The position numbers were made by a program, and so were the translations under genes. 64,000 bases of DNA from Candidatus Latescibacterota bacterium (GTDB lineage Bacteria; Latescibacterota; UBA2968): assembly GCA_965222605.1 (NCBI GenBank), contig OZ244960.1:3296001-3360000 (forward strand), read 5' to 3'. Position 1 is the first letter of the stretch. Each line of letters begins with the position of its first letter. The notes beneath the pieces are model-generated. The model was given only the letters and a program-made list of their open reading frames with translations. It did no database searches and had not been told where the DNA came from. Shown here piece after piece: positions 59,019-64,000 of the stretch.

Positions 59019-62006
59019 TTAAAATCCCTCAAACTGGCTCAGGTCTGCAATGCCGTCGGGCAGGGCGGCGATGTGCTGGGCGAGGGCGAGGCGCGATTGT
59101 TTGAGGCCGGGATCATCGACCATGATGAGTACGTCTTCGAAGAAGCGGTTGATGGGGGCGCGCAATTCGGCCATGACCTGGATCAGGGCAGTGAGTTTGT
59201 CGTCGGATGTGTCCATTGTTTTGCGCGCGGCGAGATAGGCTTTGTGCAGTGCTCCGGACGCTTCTTCGGAGTCGCGGTCGGGATTGAGCTCGTAGTGTTC
59301 CGAGAGGTCGCGCACAATGCGTTTGCACCGCGCATGGGCGTGCAGAATATCGAGCCATTGATCGGAATGGATTTGCGCGGTAAATGCCCGGGCGGTCCGC
59401 TGGATTTGATAGGGGTCATCCAAATGCGCTGCAATCGCAGCGGAAATTGCGTCGTGGCGCAGGCCCTCATCTCGAAGGAGTACCTCGAGGCGGCGGATGA
59501 TGTAGTCAAAGGCTTCGTCGAGGGCTTCTCGTTTGACCACAACGGGCAAGTGATTGGCGGCTGCGTTGAGGCCATGGCGCAGTGAAAAATGCATTTTGTA
59601 ACCGAGGAGATTTGAAAGCAGGCCCAGGGTATCGCGTCTGAGACCATAGGGGTCGGCATTTGAGCGGGGTTTGATGCCCACGCCAAAAAGACCGGCGAGG
59701 CTGTCGAGACGGTCGGCTATTGAGACGGCGAGACCGGGTTGTGTTTGGGGCAGCGAGTCGCCCGGGAAGCGCGGATGGTAATGGTCTTCAATGGCGCGCG
59801 CAACAGCTTCTGTTTCACCGGAAGACAGGGCGTAGTAGCGGCCCATGATGCCTTGCAGAGAGGTCATTTCGACGACCATGCTGGTCGCCAGGTCAGTTTT
59901 GCACAATTTGGCCGCGCGCAGGGCCGTTTTTTTATTTTTTTCACGAAGATCAAGCGCGGCAGATAAGTCGCCGACGAGTTTTTCAACGCGGCGGGTTTTG
60001 TCGCGCATGGAGCCGAGTTTTTCTTGAAAGGTGAGGGTGTCCAGGCGCGGTAAAAAGTCGCCGAGTTTCTTGTTTGTGTCGTCTTCGTAAAAGAATCTGG
60101 CATCGGCATATCGGGCGCGAATGACGTTTTCATTGCCTTTGACGACGAGATCGGGGTTGTCGGGGATCCCGTTGCACACGGTGATGAAGTTGGGTTTGAG
60201 GTCGCCGTTTTCGTCGAGCATCGGGAAATATCGCTGGTGTTTTTTCATGACGGCGATGAGCATTTCGCGGGGTAGGGAAAGGCGCGTGCTTTCAAAGGTG
60301 CCGCAAAGCGCGTGCGGAGCTTCGACGAGGTCGGTGACTTCGTCGAGCAGGTCGGGATCGTCGGGTACGCTGCCGTCAATTTCCCGGGCCAGTGCTTCGA
60401 CTTGCTGTTTGATGGTTTCCCGCCGTTTGTCGCGGTTGACCACAATGCCTTGTTTTTGCATTTGTGCGCGATAGTCGGAAGCAGAAGCGATTTCGATTTC
60501 GGGAGAGGCATTGGGGCGCAGCCCGCGGCTCGTGCGACCTGCTATTGCGCGCGCATAGGTAAATGGAATGATTTGATCTCCAAAGAGAGCGACGATCCAG
60601 CGTAAGGGACGCGGATATGCAACCCCGTCGGAATGCCAGCGCATGGTTTTGCCAAAGCTGAGTTTGGCGATGAGTTCGGGTAGCAGTTCGGCAAGAATTT
60701 CCTGGGTTTTGCGCCCGTAAATGGTGATGCCTGCCCAGACGTAGTCGTCGCGCTGTTCCACTTCTGATGGATCAATGCCCTGTCCTCGGGCAAATCCCTG
60801 AAGTGCTCGGGTGGGGGTGCCATCACTGTCGTAGGCGATGCGGATGGCTGGTCCGCGCGCTTGTTTGTTTTCATCGGGTTGCCGCCCCTGCAGATTTTTG
60901 ACGATGGCGTATTGCCTGCGCGGTGTGCCGCTGACTTCAATGCTGTCATACGTGAGATTTGCTTCGCCGAGGTGTTCGGGTAGCAATTTTTCGAGTTGTG
61001 CTATCGCGCTGACCACATCGGCAGGTGGCAGTTCTTCAGTGCCAATTTCGAGCAGGAGATCGGCGGCATCTAATTCGGGCAGGTCTTTGGATTTTTCTGT
61101 TTCGGATACCAGTAGAGGCCTGTCCTTTGATTCTATAAGGGGATGCCCCTGGTCTTCGCGCTGTTTGACATAGGTTTCGGCTATTTGGCGCGAGAGGTCG
61201 CGCATTTGGGCAAAAAAACGGGCGCGTTCGGTTACGCCAATTGCGCCGCGCGTGTCGAGCAGGTTAAAGGTGTGCGAGCAGCGAATGACGTAGTCGTGTG
61301 CGGGTATGACGAGGTCGCGGTCGAGGGCTGCCTGGGCTTCGGCTACAAAGATGTCGTACATGGATTTGAGGCGGTTGACGTCAGCCCAATAGAACTCGTA
61401 GTTGCAATATTCTATTTCTTGTTTTTTCAGGATGTCGCCATACGTGACAGTGTTGTTCCACTGCAGTTGCCAGACTTCATCGACGCCCTGGAGATACATG
61501 GCAATGCGTTCGAGACCGTAGGTGATTTCAACGGCTACGGGATCGAGTTGCATGCCGCCGGCTTGCTGGAAATAGGTAAATTGCGTGATTTCCATGCCGT
61601 CTAACCACACTTCCCATCCCAGGCCCCATGCACCCAGGACGGGCGACTCCCAGTTGTCTTCGACAAAGCGGATGTCGTGCGCTTTGCAATCGAGGCCCAG
61701 GGCTTCGAGGCTTTTGAGATATAGTTCCTGTGGGTTGCCGGGATCTGGTTTGAGGATGACCTGATACTGGGTGTGCATTTGCATGCGGTTGGGGTTTTCA
61801 CCAAAGCGCCCATCGTCGGGGCGATAGGAGGGTTCAACATAGGCCACGTTCCACGGTTCGGGTCCGAGTACGCGCAATACAGTGGCGGCGTTCATGGTGC
61901 CTGCGCCTACTTTTTCGCTGTAGGGTTGCCATATTATACAGCCGTTGTCGGCCCAGAAGCGCTCGAGGCGCATGATCAGGTCTTGAAAATTCAGGTTGTT
62001 GCTCAC
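59019..62006 (-). CDS. glyQS: glycine--tRNA ligase, fused alpha+beta subunits
   Basis: alpha: [21 protein letters not shown]; beta: [21 protein letters not shown] in one ORF. Confidence 0.95.
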   Translation of the reverse strand: MSNNLNFQDLIMRLERFWADNGCIIWQPYSEKVGAGTMNAATVLRVLGPEPWNVAYVEPSYRPDDGRFGENPNRMQMHTQYQVILKPDPGNPQELYLKSLEALGLDCKAHDIRFVEDNWESPVLGAWGLGWEVWLDGMEITQFTYFQQAGGMQLDPVAVEITYGLERIAMYLQGVDEVWQLQWNNTVTYGDILKKQEIEYCNYEFYWADVNRLKSMYDIFVAEAQAALDRDLVIPAHDYVIRCSHTFNLLDTRGAIGVTERARFFAQMRDLSRQIAETYVKQREDQGHPLIESKDRPLLVSETEKSKDLPELDAADLLLEIGTEELPPADVVSAIAQLEKLLPEHLGEANLTYDSIEVSGTPRRQYAIVKNLQGRQPDENKQARGPAIRIAYDSDGTPTRALQGFARGQGIDPSEVEQRDDYVWAGITIYGRKTQEILAELLPELIAKLSFGKTMRWHSDGVAYPRPLRWIVALFGDQIIPFTYARAIAGRTSRGLRPNASPEIEIASASDYRAQMQKQGIVVNRDKRRETIKQQVEALAREIDGSVPDDPDLLDEVTDLVEAPHALCGTFESTRLSLPREMLIAVMKKHQRYFPMLDENGDLKPNFITVCNGIPDNPDLVVKGNENVIRARYADARFFYEDDTNKKLGDFLPRLDTLTFQEKLGSMRDKTRRVEKLVGDLSAALDLREKNKKTALRAAKLCKTDLATSMVVEMTSLQGIMGRYYALSSGETEAVARAIEDHYHPRFPGDSLPQTQPGLAVSIADRLDSLAGLFGVGIKPRSNADPYGLRRDTLGLLSNLLGYKMHFSLRHGLNAAANHLPVVVKREALDEAFDYIIRRLEVLLRDEGLRHDAISAAIAAHLDDPYQIQRTARAFTAQIHSDQWLDILHAHARCKRIVRDLSEHYELNPDRDSEEASGALHKAYLAARKTMDTSDDKLTALIQVMAELRAPINRFFEDVLIMVDDPGLKQSRLALAQHIAALPDGIADLSQFEGF

Positions 62007-62113
62007 GGTTGGTTCCTCAGTTGGTGGATCGTGGCCAGAGGTCAAAGGCCAAATGATACTCTGATTTTTGGTTTATGTCAACTTGTGGTCGGTTTTCACA
62101 CGTTTTTTTCTTC

Positions 62114-62205
62114 TTGCAAAAGCCAATGTTCTCGCCTATATTTTGAGCAGATGACGACTGGCAAAATAGAATACCAACGCTCCCTCAATGGGGGCGTTTT
62201 TTTTT
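62114..62205 (+). promoter_or_regulatory. pyrB promoter and attenuator
   Basis: TTGCAA(62114)-N17-TATATT(62137); AACGCTCCC/GGGGGCGTT stem plus T-run just before the GGAGG SD. Confidence 0.7.
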
Positions 62206-62220
62206 GCGAGGAGGTAAGAG

Positions 62221-63147
62221 ATGGACAGTCTGTTTCACGTAATTGAGGCGCAGCAATTTAGTCGAGATATCATGGATGAGATTTTTGGTGCGACGCGAGA
62301 GATGGAGAATGTGGTCAGCCGTTATGGTTCAAATATTTTGAATCGGCGAATTATGGCGACTTTGTTTTACGAACCGAGCACGCGCACGCGGTTGTCTTTT
62401 GAAGCGGCGATGTATCGCCTGGGCGGCGAGGTGATTACTACAGAGAGCGCGCGGGAGTTTTCTTCGGCGGCAAAGGGTGAGACGCTCGAAGATACGATCC
62501 GGATTGTAGAGGGGTATGCCGATGTGATTGTGTTGCGTCACTACGAGAGCGGCTCTGCGCGGCGGGCAGCAGAGGTGGCGAGGGTTCCCATTCTCAATGC
62601 GGGTGATGGACCGGGGCAGCATCCCACACAGGCACTTTTAGATGTGTACACGATTCAGAAAGAGATCGGCAGGTTAGATGGTATTCATGTGGCATTGGTC
62701 GGCGATCTGGCCAATGGTCGCACGGCGCGTTCGCTGGCTTATTTGTTGACAAAGTACGAAGATGTGAAGTTGTATTTTGTCGCGCCAGAGATGGTGCGTA
62801 TGAGAGATGATATCAAAGGGTATCTGACAGATCACGGGGTGGCGTTTGAGGAAGAAGACGACCTGATGAGGGTTATGTCGAAGGTGGATGTGGTGTATCA
62901 GACGCGGATTCAGCGCGAGCGGTTTGGCGACCGGATACAAGATTATGAACGGGCGCGAGGGAAATATATTATCGATGTGGAGACGATGTCGACGCTTTCG
63001 GATCATGCGATTGTGATGCACCCTTTGCCCCGGGTGGGTGAGATTGATCCGGCGGTTGATACAGACCCGCGTGCTGCATATTTTCGCCAGGCACACAACG
63101 GTGTTTTTATTCGCATGGCGCTGTTGCAGATGGTGTTGGAAGCGTGA
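62221..63147 (+). CDS. pyrB: aspartate carbamoyltransferase catalytic subunit
   Basis: FYEPSTRT, KGETLEDT, HPTQALLD, TRIQRERF, MHPLPR. Confidence 0.97.
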   Translation: MDSLFHVIEAQQFSRDIMDEIFGATREMENVVSRYGSNILNRRIMATLFYEPSTRTRLSFEAAMYRLGGEVITTESAREFSSAAKGETLEDTIRIVEGYADVIVLRHYESGSARRAAEVARVPILNAGDGPGQHPTQALLDVYTIQKEIGRLDGIHVALVGDLANGRTARSLAYLLTKYEDVKLYFVAPEMVRMRDDIKGYLTDHGVAFEEEDDLMRVMSKVDVVYQTRIQRERFGDRIQDYERARGKYIIDVETMSTLSDHAIVMHPLPRVGEIDPAVDTDPRAAYFRQAHNGVFIRMALLQMVLEA

Positions 63148-63156
63148 CTGAGGGGT

Positions 63157-63582
63157 TTAAGATAGCGTCCCCAGGTCCCTTTCAAATACCAGGATCACAA
63201 TGGCGCCAGAGATCGATTCCGTCACGGCAATTCGACTTTGTTTGTTGTAGAAAAAACCCAAAAAATTTCTTCCTGACGTGGAAAACGCAATTTCAAGTTT
63301 CGAATTTACAGCGTATTTTCCATTTGTCTCCCATACACTCCGATTCGGGCTGCCAAAGCTGGCAAATAAGCGATAGGTTCTGTCTGGGTTCAATTCAATA
63401 AGTCCTGTAGGCGGATTTTCTTCTGATTCACGATTCAGATAGACGAGGGCGCGTCCGCGGCCCGAGTCAATTGTAACCGCCTGCAATATATAAACTCCCG
63501 CCACCGCCTGCGGCGATGTGGGCGACTCTGTGCCACAGGTAATCAAGAGCAATCCCAAAAAAATAAGCGCGATCTGTTTCAT
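63157..63582 (-). CDS. hypothetical lipoprotein
   Basis: MKQIALIFLGLLLITC lipobox-like N-terminus. Confidence 0.6.
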   Translation of the reverse strand: MKQIALIFLGLLLITCGTESPTSPQAVAGVYILQAVTIDSGRGRALVYLNRESEENPPTGLIELNPDRTYRLFASFGSPNRSVWETNGKYAVNSKLEIAFSTSGRNFLGFFYNKQSRIAVTESISGAIVILVFERDLGTLS

Positions 63583-63631
63583 GACAACCGGTCCCCAGGT
63601 GCCCATTTCCGTTCAAAACCATTGGATTCGT

Positions 63632-63687
63632 ACAATTTTTAGCTAATTTCTGTTGAAATCATGACAATTTTTAGCTATTTTTTGTTG
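63632..63687. repeat. direct repeat, 32-bp period
   Basis: ACAATTTTTAGCTAnTTTnTGTTG at 63632 and 63664. Confidence 0.6.
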
Positions 63688-63724
63688 GAGAGAGGAAATT
63701 CACACCTTCAGAAAGCGGTTAAGC

Positions 63725-64000
63725 ATGATACAAAGAGATCTGGAAAAACGTCTGATTGCACATATAGCCCATCGCGTTGAGCATCCAAATGTCGCTCTGT
63801 TGGAGGGCGCGCGGCAGGTTGGCAAGACTACGCTTGTAGAAGCTATCAGACCGAAACTCGACCGCGAGATTCTCTACTTGAATTTGGAGGAGGACAGCCG
63901 CGCGGTTTACGACCTCAATTCTTGTGAGGATTTTGCAGAGTTTGAGACGTATCTTGCGACTGTGTACCAGTTCAAAGGCGATGGGCAGCGCGTTCTGTGT
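63725..64000 (+). CDS. AAA+ ATPase (AAA_14/DUF4143 type), runs off window
   Basis: Manual translation MIQRDLEKRL...LLEGARQVGKTTLV...YLNLEE. Confidence 0.8.
   Translation, partial: MIQRDLEKRLIAHIAHRVEHPNVALLEGARQVGKTTLVEAIRPKLDREILYLNLEEDSRAVYDLNSCEDFAEFETYLATVYQFKGDGQRVLC

Overview
Bacterial chromosomal window. GWxTD/TPR proteins, a fused glycyl-tRNA synthetase, a PhyH-type dioxygenase, EF-hand/dockerin-like tails and Na+ bioenergetics suggest, by inference only, a marine Latescibacterota/Gemmatimonadota-like organism. Main blocks: SpoIVB-like peptidase (runs off the left edge), rlmH, an enolase-family enzyme and udk; a ~16 kb Na+ cluster (nqrABCDEF-apbE-nqrM-like, then mrpEFG-B-B-C-D-D-x-D and a TorF-like porin); a Phd/VapC toxin-antitoxin pair; two GWxTD proteins; catabolic enzymes; an M16 peptidase fusion; ABC transporters; a PL8 lyase; a CfrBI-like restriction-modification system whose endonuclease is split by an IS982 element; rsmD, glyQS, pyrB and an AAA ATPase (runs off the right edge). 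Four signals are not in the ORF track. (1) An IS110 element whose ends, CA core, circle-junction promoter and bridge-RNA target and donor guides can all be read from the sequence. (2) A 91-codon DUF5069-like gene with an in-frame UGA and a SECIS-like hairpin, a candidate selenoprotein. (3) Several promoter-hairpin units with C-rich anti-Shine-Dalgarno loops, including a pair with 11-nt complementary loops. (4) A MITE family with 13-bp TIRs and 7-bp TSDs that carries REP-like palindromes. Family assignments come from motif recognition by eye; no searches were run.
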